From assembly GCA_010093815.1 (NCBI GenBank), contig ML996581.1: DNA of 64,000 nucleotides. One strand, 5' to 3'. The stretch comes from Pseudovirgaria hyperparasitica. Taxonomy: Eukaryota. Below are positions 13,605-27,611 of this stretch, in pieces. The translations under genes and the position numbers were made by a program. Each line of letters starts with the position of its first letter. Within the stretch, counting starts at the first letter, position 1. The notes under the pieces are model-generated. The model made no database searches. It saw only the letters and a program-made list of their open reading frames with translations, and was not told the DNA's origin.

Positions 13605-15236
13605 CCCGAATTCCTCGTCCGGTTTTGACCTCCTCTGCTATCCGAGCCGCTTGGTGAAGACATCGTATACTTTCCAATATTACTACAGATGATATCTAAT
13701 ACGAGACTAGATTTTTTGGGTCTAAAAGTATGGGGGACGAGTTGGGGGAACAGATGCAGAATATATCCCAAAGGGGAACTTGCTGTTTCAAGATCTTTGA
13801 AGTTTTGTTCAAAGCCAGATTCGGAGCGAGAGGCGAGGGAAAAAGAGTGGAAAGCATTGATGAAATGATGGAACGACTTTGTTGTGAGCTGTGTGTGTGT
13901 GCATGCATATCGCGTATTTGGAAGTTCTGGCGTTGGAGTTTCTTTATTTAAACTTTTGCCCCCCCCCCCCCTCTCCTCTTCTTGACAATCTTACTACAAA
14001 TGGCGAAGATTTCAGTGCAGCTTTCTCTGCTCTGGACCTGTACCTGTACCTGTGTGCCCCTTTTTCCACCCAACGTGTAATAAATATGTAGGCGAAGAGG
14101 AAAAAATGTGCGACAGACGACGACGACGACGCCACCCTCCTTTTTTTTTTTTGTAAAACAAAAAAAAAAGAAAGAAACTTTCTTGAACAAACCTGTCCCC
14201 CTCAACCTGGTCTCGCCATCCTGGCTGGCTATAATCAACAATACAGTTTTGCTGTGTTTCATGTTGAGTGTGTAGTTGTGTGTGTGGCAGGCATCGGGTT
14301 GGGTTGCTGCGCAGGGGCAGGGACTGGGACTGGGGATTGGGGATTGCGACTGGGATTGGGATCTAGGGCTTGGTTTGGTTTGGTTTGGTTTGGTTGCCTG
14401 AGGTAATTAATTAGGCTTGAGGTAGGCTTATGTAGACTTGAGGTAGGGTAGGTTAAGGTAGGCTTAAGGTTAGTACGTGAGGTTAATTGCGTTGTATGGG
14501 CGTAATCGATTGATTTGATTTGATTTGACTTTTATTAATTTAAGTAAACTTATTTACTAGAATAGAATTTTTGAGACGTGAGTCTTTTGAGTCTGAGTTT
14601 TTGAGATCTGGGGTTTTGAGACGTTGAGTCTTTGAGAACTAAAGTTTTAAAGTCTAAGTCTAAGTCTTGAGAGCTAATTAGGGCGTCCGCCCGCCTTTCT
14701 TTTATATCTACTAATGTATATTTGTCTTTCTCTCTATCTATTTACCATGTATATAGATAGACACTAAAGAAGATATTAAACGGGTAGTGGTGTGCTTGCG
14801 TCTATTATTATATATATCATTCGTAGCATTTTCTTTATTTAATTAGCTAGCGAGTTTTTTTCTTTCTTTCCTTCGAATAGGGTATCTGTATGTTATGTAT
14901 CTGTATCTGGATATGTAAATGATAATTAAGCCCAATCCCGATGATCGTGGATCTGTTTGTCGGAGCACGTGACTGCGCGTTTTTAGCGTGGGTCTTTTTT
15001 TGGCGGGTTGGGTCGGGTTTTACGCGCGTCGCGTTCTGCCTGGGCGGGTGTTTCGTCATACATTCGGGCATCGCTCGCAGCATTCTCCGGGGCTTTCGAC
15101 GACGACGACGACGACGACGTACGGTGAATGCTAATGCTGATGCTGATGCCAATTCTAATGCCAATGCCAATGGTTACAAGATACAAGACTACAGAGCCCG
15201 AATATCTCACAATACTATGCTAGACCGCCCGACTCG

Positions 15237-17905
15237 ATGCTGCGACGCAATAACACCCCACAGCCAAAGGCGTCCAAAGATGCGGATCTAGGCGAACGCC
15301 CGGCTAAGAGAGCGCGATACGAGCAGAAGCAGACGCCCAGCAGCAAGACCACGCGCCAAGACGCCCCCTCTGCGTCGCCGCACAAGTCCATACCAGACTC
15401 GGAAGACTCGGAAGCCTGCGGAGAAGGACAAGCAGAAGGCAGCGACAGCGAAGTCCCAAAACCCGCAACACGCCAGACTGATCTCGAGAGCGCCCTGCCG
15501 CAAGTCAGTACGTCGGAGCGAGATGCGGTTGAGGAGTATGAGATATTTCGCGCGTCGCAGGAGGGTGGTACGATCAACAAGCAGGAGGAGGGGCCGGCAA
15601 GCAAGTGGGCACAGGGCCGCAGCTCAATCTACGTCGACGCCTTCAACCTCGCGCTCGACACCGTGCTGGACGAGGAGAGCCATCTGTTTGACGAGCCGGA
15701 GCGGGCGGTCTTTGCGGCGTGGAGGGCGCTGGGGTACGAGGCGCAATATCTGTATGCCCATTCCACCATTCCGCAGCGTGTAGGCGGCCTTGCTCACCGT
15801 GTGTTTCGCGCAGCTACGTCCGCCTGTTCCTCCGCAAGACGGATGCGTGGCACCGCGTCGGCGGGCTCGGCTATCATCGTGATGTCGCGGACCTGGCGGC
15901 TGCGGTGCGGGTCCTCCAGGTGCGCCGCGATCTGCCTGCCTCGTCGACGGCGCAGGAGGTGTATCCTGGGGACGTGGGTAATGGGGAACGGATCCGGGGG
16001 GTAGACGGGACGACGTTTACGTTTGCGGATAGCTCCGAGGAGCATATTACGAGCTTGGAAGAGGCTTCGTCGCTCTTGCGGCTCGACGAGCTGAAGCTGC
16101 TGGCCAAGGAGGCGAAGGTGTCGGGGAGCAATAAGAAGGACCTCCTCAGGAAGCTGCGCAAGACGAGTGGGCGGCAGACGAGTCTCGGCTGGGCGGGCTT
16201 GAAGAGGTCGAATACGGAGGACTCGACAAGGTCGGCGGCTTCGGAGGAGCTGGGTAGTGTCGAGAGTCCCGGTGAGGATGCTATCGGCCGTATGAATGAA
16301 GCATCGCGGGATACGTATTTCACGGCGAAGATCATGCAGGAGACTGGGCCATGTATTCGTCTATCGCCCGTCCCGCTCAAGCTGTTCGAGCGGGTTCACC
16401 TGGTCTTCTATCGCTCCTCCGAGTGGACGGAGAAGTCGCTGACGACTATCATTCTGGCAAAGATTGCGCGACGCAACTTTCCGCCCTACATTGTTTCACG
16501 GTCCGCGAGCGTGTTCCCGTCTCGATCACTGCTCTTGGAATTTGAAGCGTCCATCAGAACACAATTCCGCATTGACAGCATCCTGGAGTCTAATGGGCCT
16601 CCAACGCAGGACGATCTGCAGAGCATACTGGACACGTTTGAGGCCGTCTACCCCCGTTGGCACAGGTTGATACTAGAAGAGCAGCAGAAGGAGGACACGA
16701 TATATTTGAGCGGGGAGGGTGCCTATCTCAGGCGTCTCTCGCCCGCCTGGGTCTACACACGCGTCGTCCACAAGGCAGCATACGTCATGGGCCTCGGGAA
16801 GTTCAAGCAGCACAAGCGCGAGCACGAACTGCTCACAGAACTCCTGACCCAGAGACTATTCCACCCGTCGCGACGCGGTGCATGGTATCAGCGCAAGGCA
16901 CTGCTTGAGGAGCATTACATGGGCGCGCTCACGCCAAACGACGGCCGCTCAGACGAGCTGCAGAAGAAGCACTGGAAGCGCATCGCCCTGGCTACCTGCG
17001 AGGATGCGCTGCAGGACCCCCTCGTCCACCTGATCTACCACTACGACCTGCAGAAACGGATCACGAAGCTGGAAAAGGCACTCAAGGTCCCGAAACGGTC
17101 ACAGCACGACTTTGCTCACGTGCGGTTAGCTGCGCCGGTGGAAGTAAACATCGAAGGCGTGCGCGTGGAGCGCGAGCAGCCCTTGCACAGCCGCAGAAAC
17201 AGTCCTGCCAGTCTCGGTGTTAGTGGTAGTGGCAGTAGCAGCAGCAGCAGCAGACGCAGCACCCGGACCATCTGGCTCGACCCGCTCAACGACAACGCGG
17301 AATGCACGGTCGAGGAGATGTGCCTGTCGCACTACCGCGCCGCCGGCTGGAAGGGCTACCACTCCGAAGGCGGCATCGTCCGAACCCTCTTCGCCTACCT
17401 CTTCTTCGACGTCATCTTCAGCTACGTGCCCAACGTCTTCCAGACCCCCTTCCAGACCTGCCCCCTGGACCTCCACACCGACGCCTTCTACCCAAGCCGC
17501 CTCTCCGAGATCAACGCCCGGCTCGCGCAGCTCGGCAACGGCGAAGCAGAGCCGCTCCTCCGGCGCGTGTGGGCCGCGCACGCGCACAAGAAGACGTGCG
17601 TCGTCGGCCTGGACTGGACGTACGAGCTCGCCGATCTGGTCGAGGTGGTGGCCTGCTTTGAGCCGGGCGCGCTGGCGACGCTGTGCAAGGTCCTGGCGCA
17701 GGAGTATGCGGCGCGTGGCGGGGGCGTGCCCGACTTGTTTCTCTGGCAGGTGGGCCGGCGGGAGGTTTTGTTTGCGGAGGTGAAGAGTGTGAATGATCGG
17801 TTGAGTGATGCGCAGCGGTTGTGGATTCATGTGTTGACGGGTGCGGGCGTGCGGGTGGAGTTGTGTAATGCTGTTGCGCGGGAGGTGAGGGTGGGGGGCT
17901 GCTAG
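15237..17905 (+). CDS. FAN1: Fanconi-associated nuclease 1 (VRR-NUC domain)
   Basis: Intron 15752-15813 joins ...YEAQYL to YVRLFLRK. Motifs RRGAWYQRKAL, TVEEMCL, WKGYHSEGGI, FQTCPLDL and VRR-NUC GGVPDLFLW...FAEVKSVNDRLSDAQRLW. Exact start codon uncertain. Confidence 0.95.
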
Positions 17906-18084
17906 ACTGACTGTATGAGTTAACGAGGCTATTTGTTGTTGTGAGTATGATATGATTTGACTTGTTGGTGACTGCTGTTCATTTATGCTTAATTCACGGG
18001 ATATGGGATCAGCGCCGAGACCGAGTATTTGCCGACTCCCAATCCCTGAATCTCGACTAAATATTAGAAACCACTTAATTATTA

Positions 18085-18140
18085 AGTTGACGTACCCACT
18101 AATGAGCCAACCCACTAATGAACCACGTGATTTAAGTACG
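18085..18140 (+). repeat. Left terminal inverted repeat
   Basis: AGTTGACGTACCCACTAATGAGCCAACCCACTAATGAACCACGTGATTTAAGTACG, with an internal direct repeat ACCCACTAATGA(G/A)CCA as in Fot1/Pot-type TIRs. Confidence 0.95.
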
Positions 18141-18701
18141 TGTCTATACGCGTACTTAATCTTTAATCTTAAAATACTTAATAACTACGCCTCCTCTACC
18201 TTCTTATAATACCTTATTTAGAAGATAATCTCTTAACGGCTATTTACTATTACTATTATTATCTCTATATATTAATCTAAGCCGTTACTACTATCTATAG
18301 TATCCTATACTCTACTCTTTAAAAATGCCTTAATAGATAGTAAGGCTTACGCTAAGTAGCTAATTATTACCTTTAAATACTATCTTCTAATTAAGAGAAG
18401 GATCTATATAATTAGATAATCTACTTAGATTAGATATAGATAGCCCTAAGCCACGCGATTATCTATAATATAGTAATTAAAATCACGGCTATATCCGGAG
18501 AAATAGTTAAATTAGATAAGAGATAGATTATAAAGTTCCTAATATAGAATATATGTATTAAAATACTCCTTAGTAAGGCCCTTAATAAGGAATAGATATA
18601 GACTACTATCTATAATATAATTAATACGTTCTATACGTTATATAATTAGATCTACTTTAAATTTAATATCCCGTCTAATTACCGTTAGAATATAGATAAA
18701 T

Positions 18702-18929
18702 TATAAGAATAGAGTTATTAGATAGTAGTATAGTTAGATAGAATAATAGAGTATATTCTATTATAGAATAAATTACTACTAAACTCTTTTAGTAGAAATC
18801 TAAGAGTATATATATAAAGAGACGCTAATCTATCTAGTATATAACTATTTACCGCCCTTTACGTTACCTTCTAACCCTATTAGCTAAGGTATATATAGAT
18901 TAGATTCTATCTAAGACTAAGTTCTAATA
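18702..18929 (-). repeat. 3' LTR of the Gypsy element
   Basis: TATAAGAATAGAG...GTTCTAATA (RIPed TG...CA ends); direct repeat of 25858-26085, differing by C/T and G/A transitions. Confidence 0.93.
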
Positions 18930-21900
18930 ATTATCCCTTCCCTCTAGAAAGCTACCCTTAGTAACCTAGATTATTATCTATCTCTATATCTCTATTCTAA
19001 GTCTTATAAGACCTTAGTTATTCTCTATACTTTATCTTAGATATTTACTAATATTTACTAATCTAAGATTTATATAAGTATTTTTCTAATAAACTAGATT
19101 TTATCTATTCTAACTTCTTATATAGATAAGATTATCTAATTAGGCCTAGCGTATTACGTAATATAATTAGATAAGTCTAAGTACTATCTATATTAAAATC
19201 TTTTCTTAGAAATATTTCTTTCTTTAAAAAACTTCTTAATTCTTTATAGAGTTTTTTAGATTATTAGATATATTACCTAATTCTTATAGATATAGATTTA
19301 TATAGATTTACTATAATTTAGTATAATTTATATAATTTACTAATTTTTATACTATTCTTAGCTAGTAATAGTATAATTTATAATAATCTATATAAATTAG
19401 TAATAATTATAATATAGTTTTCTAAAATCTTAACGCTCTAAAGTAATTAGTATAGAAATAGGCGTCTTTAAATAATCCCTATCTTATATATATTACTAAT
19501 ATATTAAAAGCTATTAATCTACTCTAACCTAGACCGGGCTCTAATAATCTAGCTATATATTATTATAGTTATTACTTTCTATTATATATTACTTATAGTA
19601 GTACTAAATCTATAATATATAGTACTTATATAACTAAGAAGTATTATTACTTATAGGTATTTAAGTAAGTTTAAAGAACTTTATATAGATTTACTTATAT
19701 TAGTATAGATTACTATTAGGCCTCTAGTAACCCCTACTAATAAGAAGTATAGTACTACTAATTATAATATCTTAGAGAAGGCTTTCTATAAGCTATATAT
19801 CTAAGATAAGAGTTATATCTAGGAGTACGATTCTAATAAGATCCGTAAGAATTTATTAGAATCTACTATAGCTATTATTACCGCGATTACTAGATATTAT
19901 TATTTTTCTTAAATTATTATAGATTCTTACTAATATATATTAATCTCTATAATAGTACTAAAATCTCTACTACTTTAGACTTCTTTCTATATACTAGTAA
20001 TATTAAAATTTCTAGAAAAGGTTCTAGTAAAAAGGCTAAGATTCCTTCTTTATATATACTAAAGAGCTATAAAATTAGAGAAGATAGCTCTAATCTAGAA
20101 GTTTCTATACTAAAGATATATAGTTCTATACTAATTATTAAATCTTTTCGCTAATTTATATAATTCTTAGCGTGCCCGTACCAGTCTATCTCTCTCTATC
20201 CTAGGTTCTACTACTCTATAGGTTTCTATAGAGGAGTTTATAGTTATAAGGCGCGCTATATAGAATTTATAGTATCGGAACGAAAGGCTAGAGACTTATA
20301 TTATAAAGCTCTATACTATACTAAATAAGAACTAGTAAAAGAAATTAGATATAACTATTATAGTAATTAGTACTTCTACTTCTACTCCGACTTAATTAGT
20401 TTAGATCTATACTAATTAGTACTAATATATCTCTTTTATCTAGTATTTTTAGTTTTTTAGTTTTAATTTTAAAGTAATCTTACTTCTTCTAGATAGATTA
20501 GTACAAGTTTATAAAGATCTATATAGATCTTTATATTTTCTTTTAGCTTTCTTAATTTTATCTTTCTTTAATAATAACTTCTTTAATCTCTTTAGTAATC
20601 TATACTAATCTATATTAATTAGTACTAACTTTTAATATCTATTTCTCTTAGTAAATTATTTTTCTAATTCTCTTTTTTAGTTAAATTTTTTAAAGTTCTA
20701 AGTTTAAACTTTCTAAGGAAGTTCCTTAATTCCTTAGAATATTTTAAAGATCTATATCTCTTTTATCTTCTTTCTTTTAGATAGCCGTTCTTAGTACTAA
20801 ACTATACTAAAAAATATTAAATCGCTATACTTTAGTATAATTCTCTATAATTCTATAGCTTTCTTTACTAATCGCTACTTATATACTAATATTACTACTT
20901 TACTAATATTTATTATAGATTCCTAAGTATCTTTATTAGAATTATATTCTTTCTAATAAATTTTATATAGCTATATACTATCTTCGGCGTATTACTAGCT
21001 AAGTATCTACTTAACTTTATAGATATCTATACCTTCTTATATAACTACTTTATATAGTATCTATTTAGAATAATCTAGTAATAATAAGGTATAAAATAGC
21101 TCGAGAAGTATAATATAGAATATATTATATATCTTTAATATAGAAGGGAGTTATAACTTATACGCCTAGTTATTAATTATATAAGTAATCTTATATAGAT
21201 CTATTATTATATAGTTAAGCTTCTTCTTTAGTCTAATACTATAAATATTCTTACTATTTAGTAAAACTTTATCTCTAATATTAAAGATCATGGGTTTTCT
21301 ACCCTTATTATAGTACGATTTACTATAATCTATAGTATCTTATAGTAACTTTATAACGCTTCTTTATATTTAGAATAGTTCTATAGTAATTTCTATTACT
21401 TTAATATTAGGTCGTTCTACTTTAAACTAAGTCCCTAAGAACTATATATTATAGTTCTAACTAAAGTTTACTTTAAACGGACTTACGTAGATTAATATAT
21501 ATTAGCTATTATTATACGCGAATTCCGCGATATAGACTAACCTTATCTAGTTATTCTACTTATAGTTATAATATATATATAAATACGCCTCGACTATCTA
21601 ATTCTACTACTCTATCTATCTATCTATTTATAGATAGAATATAGTACTAAGTTTCTACTTAATTCCTAGTATATAGTAGAAATCCTTCTAAAATTTAGAT
21701 ATTATCTACGGACCTCTATCTAAAACTATACTATTTAGTATACTATAGAGCCGGACTATATTATAGAGTAGTATATCTATAAGATCTAGTACTTAGATTA
21801 TCTTTCTTATAGAGATATAGTATAATATCTTTATAAATCTATCTAGAACTATAAGTAAACTATTATAAATATATCTAGAATACTTACTTAGGGGTAGATC

Positions 21901-24900
21901 TATAATAAAATCTATTAATAATTTCTTCTATATCTTCTTTAGTATAGGTAATAGCCTTAATTTACTATATAGTAAGTATCTATATACTTTTATATACTAG
22001 TAAATATTATATATTTTTATATAGTCCTTTATATATTTATAAAGACCTAGCTAGTTATATATTCTTCGGATTAAATCGACCGTTCTTATAATACTAAAGT
22101 ATTCTACTAACGCGTAATTATACTATTCCCTTAAAATATTAATTTATAAGCTATCTTCTAGTACGTAGAGTTAGCCTTAGAAGTAGATTACGTCTAATTA
22201 TTATTTCTATCTTAATAACTATAGCGGATCTATAGCGCTTTCTTTTATACTTATAACTTTCTTTACTAATATATTAGAATTCTAGATAGATTTAATTAAG
22301 TCTTTAAGGGTTTTCTTAGTTTCTTAGATATTTAATTAGATTACTTAATACCCGCTCTAATTCCCGCGGAGAATTACCGAAAGTATCCTAGCTTCTAGTA
22401 TTCTATTAGATAACTAGTCTTATAGTATCTAAAGTATAGTATAGTCTAACTTATACTAACTATCTACGTTATTCTATAACAATTTCTTATAATCTTTACA
22501 CCGCGATAGAGGATTAGCTTTATTCTCTCTTCTAGCTTTATATAAGATTTTAAAGTTAAATATTAATATCTACTTAGCCTAATATACTTATTAGTAATTA
22601 AGGACCTTAGTTAATATAAAGTAATATAGATTTATATAATCTAATAATAATTCGATCTAATATATAGAGCCTTCTAAATAATATTACTATTACTTAAAAC
22701 TCTTAATAATTATAAGTAGTTTCTAGTTATATATATTATAATACATCTCTATATCCGCTATTTTATAGAAAAAGAAAGTAATTAGATACTATTATACCTT
22801 ATCTTTTATATCTTTATACGATTAACTAATAATTCTAGTAATTATAAATTCTAACGCGTTAGTTTCGACCTAAATATACTTCTTAGAATTAAAATACCTA
22901 AGAATCGGCGTAGTTATAAAGTAATTCTTTAATAATCGGAATATATCTTACGCTTCCGGCGTTAACTATATCTTAACTAACTTAGCTTTACGCTATACTC
23001 GTCTATCTATAGAGATTTTACTACTATTCTCTATAAGTTTATTAAGCGGCGCTATAATTTATAAGAAGTCTATAATAAATTTATAGTAATAGTTTATAAA
23101 ATCTATAAATATTCTAATTTAACGTATAGTAGTAGATTCTAGCTATTCTATAATAGTCTTTATACGCTCTAGCTCTATTTTTAGGCCGCTATATATTATA
23201 ATAAAGCTAAGAAACCTAACTTCTTATTAGTAAAACTTATATTTAGATAATTTTATATAGAGTTTATACTATCTTAGATAATTTAGTACTAATTTCACGT
23301 ATTCTTTATAATTCTATATACTATTAGAGTGAATTAGTATATTATTAAGATAAACTACGTAAATCACGTTAAGTAATTCTATAAGTATAGTATTAATATA
23401 TTCTTAAAATACTTCTAGTATATTTATTAGCCTGAACGGTATAATAGTATACTTAAAATAACTATATCTAGTCTAAAATGCGGTTTTCTACTTATCTCCG
23501 TAATGAATTTAAAGCTAGTAATATATATCTTATAAATCTAGCTTTATAAAGTACTTTACCTTTATTAATTAGTCTAAAGATTTACTAACTAGCGGTAATA
23601 GATAATAATTCTTCTTAGTTACTATATTTAGTACCTAATAGTTAATATATAGATATAAACTTCTATCTTTCTTCTTTATAAAGAGAATAGATATACTAGC
23701 TAATAATATACTATAACGTATCTAGCCTCTTCTAAGGTATTCTTTAATATATTTATAAAGAACTTTAAGTTCTAGTCTTAAAAGTAGATAAAGTAGACTA
23801 TAAGGGATGTCTACTCTCTCTTTAAGCTTAATCTTTAGCTTATATAGTCTATAATTAGAGAGAAGTAACGTATCTCCTACTAAAAATATATCTATATACT
23901 ATGAATATACGTTAGATAGCGTGTCTTTACCCTAATTATTACTATTATTCTTATCTTTATTAATAATTAATAAGAATATAAGATAGATTAGCGATAATTA
24001 GGTCCGTATAGTAAGGTTCTATATCTTCTTACTAATAGTTATAACTTACTAGTATAATTTACTATAGTATTATCGGAATATTAATATCTTCTTCTAAAAA
24101 TTAAGGATAGGGTTTAGGCGTCTAAGCTAAGGTATCTCTAGAATTATATTCTATTAGCTAATATTAGCTATAATAAATCTATTAGATATCTACTATTTTA
24201 TTATCTTTAAGTTATAAACTTTATAATTTATTATAGCTTTACCTAAAGTTCTAACTTTATATCTATTAACTACGATAGTTCGGCTAACTTTACTAAGATT
24301 ATATAATAATCTATACTTCTTTATAAGAATTAATAAAATATAGTTATCTTCTATACTAGTATCTATAAGGGCCTATATAGTTTTATTACTATTTACTATA
24401 GATAATAATACTTTTAGTAATATTAGGTCTTTACTCGCTAGAAGGCGCTATAGCTTCTTCTAAGTATATATAATTTAGCTAAGAATACGGTTAGATCTTA
24501 TGTACTAGTCTACTCTTTTTTTAGATTCTTATAGTTAGGCGAAATATATTCTATTTCTCTATACTTATAGTAACGAAGTATACTATAATTCTACTATTTT
24601 ATAATAGGCGTTATATTTAAGTCTATATCTTATCCTTTTCTACGTTAAGAAGTACTATCTTAATTATTTTAGTATCCTCTTAACGTGTTTCTACTCTAAT
24701 TTATACTCTTCTAGCGCTAATTATAGTAAGGTTACTCTTAATTAAACGTATTTAATTAACCTTATTTCTAACCTATATAGAGTTTATCGGTTTTATCTAG
24801 AGAGCCGCGTTTCTTAAGAATACGGTAGTATTTATTAGCTTTCTTCTCTAATTTATATAGATAGTTAAAACTTAATAATACTATTTCTAGTCTTTTATAG

Positions 24901-25857
24901 ATTAACGGAAGTAGTACTTCGCGAAACTAGAATATATAAATATTTTTCTATAGCGTAGGGATATTATTCTATAGGTTTTAGAGGTATTATAGTAGTTAAG
25001 TAGATATCTAGTTCGGTCGTTATACTACGCTTCTTAACTTAGATAGTATCTTTCTTTTATATTCTCTATCTATTCCGAGAGTATTTAATATAAATATAGC
25101 TAAATATTTCTAGATTATCGTAGATAGTAGCTATACTTCCTTCTATCTATTCTATTAATTATAGAATTATAAGTCTAGGTATCGTTCTCTAAATAAAATA
25201 TATTATACTTTAGTAGAAAAGAGTAGAGAGTTATTAAGAAAGTACTTTTTATAGTCTCTCTTCTAGTCTTTCTACTTCTTTTAGTTCTTCTCTATAAATA
25301 TAGTTAGATCTTTAGATTTTAGTATATCTAGAGAAGGAGTAGAGTAAATTAGTAATAAAGCGGCCGGGTATATAGTAGATTATTATAACTCTAATAGTAG
25401 GTAAACTAATTCCGCCTAAATTAGTATAGAAAGTTATCTATCTACTATCGTTTAGTATAGTTCTTTAAGAGACTCCTTAAGTTCTCGTCTCTTTACGAGG
25501 AGTTTCGCGTATTCTATCTATTCTTTAAGGGTTTAAATCTCTTAAGTCTAATTTACGACATATTTCTAAAGTTTAGTAATAGTTTATTATAATATCTTAT
25601 ATAGCTCTACCACGACTCGTTATCCGGCTTTATATTATTAGAAGTTACTTAGCGTCTCTACTATTTCTTCGTCTAAAAGCTCTATAATTTAGTCTAATAT
25701 TTCTACTTCTTAGTTAGAAATAGTTAGGATTAATACTAATTATAGAGGATCTCTATTATTTAATATAGTATTACTTATCTATATAGTAGATCGTGTCGAC
25801 CTTCTTAGTTCTAGTTAGACTATCTTAACTATAGTACTATATAGAGAGTAATTTAAA

Positions 25858-26085
25858 TATAAGAATAGAGTTATTAGATAGTAGTATAGTTAGATAGAAT
25901 AATAGGGTATATTCTATTATAGAACGAATTACTACCGAACCCTTTCGGTAGAAATCTAAGAGTATATATATAAAGAGACGCTAATCTATCTAGTATATAA
26001 CTATTTACTACCCTTTACGTTACCTTCTAACCCTATTAGCTAAGGTACGTATAGATCGGGTTCTACCTAAGGCTAAGTCCTAATA
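25858..26085 (-). repeat. 5' LTR of the Gypsy element
   Basis: TATAAGAATAGAG...GTCCTAATA, same length as 18702-18929. Confidence 0.93.
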
Positions 26086-27611
26086 AACGCGGTCTAGAAT
26101 AATCTAGAATAAAATATATATTCTCTTATAAGGTAACTTAGAAGAAGAACTAGTAGATCTTCTATAAGACCCGTTAGTAGTATAAGGCGGGCGGAAAGAA
26201 ATAGTATAAATCTCTTCTACGGCCTTAGTAGCTAAAACTAACTCTCTAGAATAGATAGTCTAAGTACTAGAAATCTTATAGCGACTAAAAATTATAAGCT
26301 AAGGTTAATAATAATTAACGGTTTCTAAACTTATACTTTAATAACCTCTAGAAAGAGCTTATAGCGCTCTCTAAACTCTCTATATATAGAAGCTAGATAA
26401 CCGCTAGAACCGCCAAGAGTCTCACAGACGCGAAGATCATTATATATATCTTATATATAAATAGAAACCTAAAAACGCATTAGTATAGATAACTTTAGAT
26501 TACCCTAGACTAAAATAGTCTAATAGACTTATCTAAAGATAAACTTTACTAAGAACAGTATAGCGGCGGTAGCAGATAGAGAGCTTAAAGATTAGACATA
26601 TAGACCTATCACGGTTAGTAGAGTAGTAGCTAATACTAGAGTTAGAGCGGAAGAGATATTTAGAGCTAGTAGCGTAAGCCTTAATATACTTAAAGTATAT
26701 TAAACTATAGTTTACTATTTTCCTATAGCGTAAACCGCGACTATATTTAGTATCTTTAGTAACCTAGGCCTTATTATTACTAGGGCTAGGTTTAGAATAA
26801 ATATTAAGGTCCTAAAAGAACCTAGAGTAACTAAGTTAGTCTATATTAGACTAAAAAGAGAAATAGTATTTAGAGTAAGGTAGTAAAGGTATAAACTCTT
26901 AATTATTATCTATAATAAGATCTTCTTTATTCTCTAAAGGAGATAGAGTAGATAGATAGCGCGAGTAGATATAGATAGACTTTATAGCTACCTCTTCCGT
27001 AATACTAGTACTAGAATTATCTAGATTAGAGCGACTAGTAGCTATATTAGTAGTAATAGTAGTAGTAGCCTTAGCTACCTTCTTCTCTAACTTAGAGCGC
27101 GCCTTTATACTACTATAATAAGTAGATTTTTTAGCTAGTATAGCTAGGGTAGAGATAATCCCTTTAGAGTAAGTCTTATAAGAGAAGGAGATAGACTTAG
27201 AAATAGAACTAGTATTAGATATCTATATATATATATTAGCTAGAGATCTAAGAGTAGAATACTTATTTAGTCTTAAAGATAATTAAAGAAGCTAAATTAG
27301 TAACTATAATAACGCGAATAGATTATATAGAACTAGCTCTAATAAAAATAGACTACTCTAGACCTAAATAGATCTAAACTAAAGAAGATAGTATATAAAT
27401 TAATAACTTATCTTAAGAGTAAGGTAGATATACTAGAGAAGAAAATTTAGAATAAGAGAACTAAATATAAGCTTAGTTAATATAGCGGTTATATAACCCG
27501 CGGAGCTATCTCTAAGGTAGTAGCTATAAAGTAAGAGATAAGCGTGTATATAAATAAAAGTAAACTAGAGCTTAAGTTTACTAATATAAAGACTATTAAT
27601 AATATTATATA

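Larger units (their letters stand above)
18702..26085 (-). mobile_element. Full-length Ty3/Gypsy chromovirus LTR retrotransposon, heavily RIP-mutated
   Basis: Two 228-bp LTRs and a PPT AGAGGGAAGGGATAAT next to the 3' LTR (18930-18945). De-RIPed minus-strand motifs in Gypsy order: protease ALIDTG (~24350-24373), RT KTAFRT/MPFGL/VVYLDDILI (~23330-23495), RNase H VETDAS (~22850-22870), integrase MDFITDLP and DGQTE (~21600-21930), HNVFH..LLE (~21100-21134), chromodomain YEVE...WK.Y...DTWE (~20915-21025). Confidence 0.92.

Noticed and set aside
14400..14475. TAGG-rich tract resembling telomeric repeat
   Set aside because: No tandem TTAGGG units; irregular and internal.
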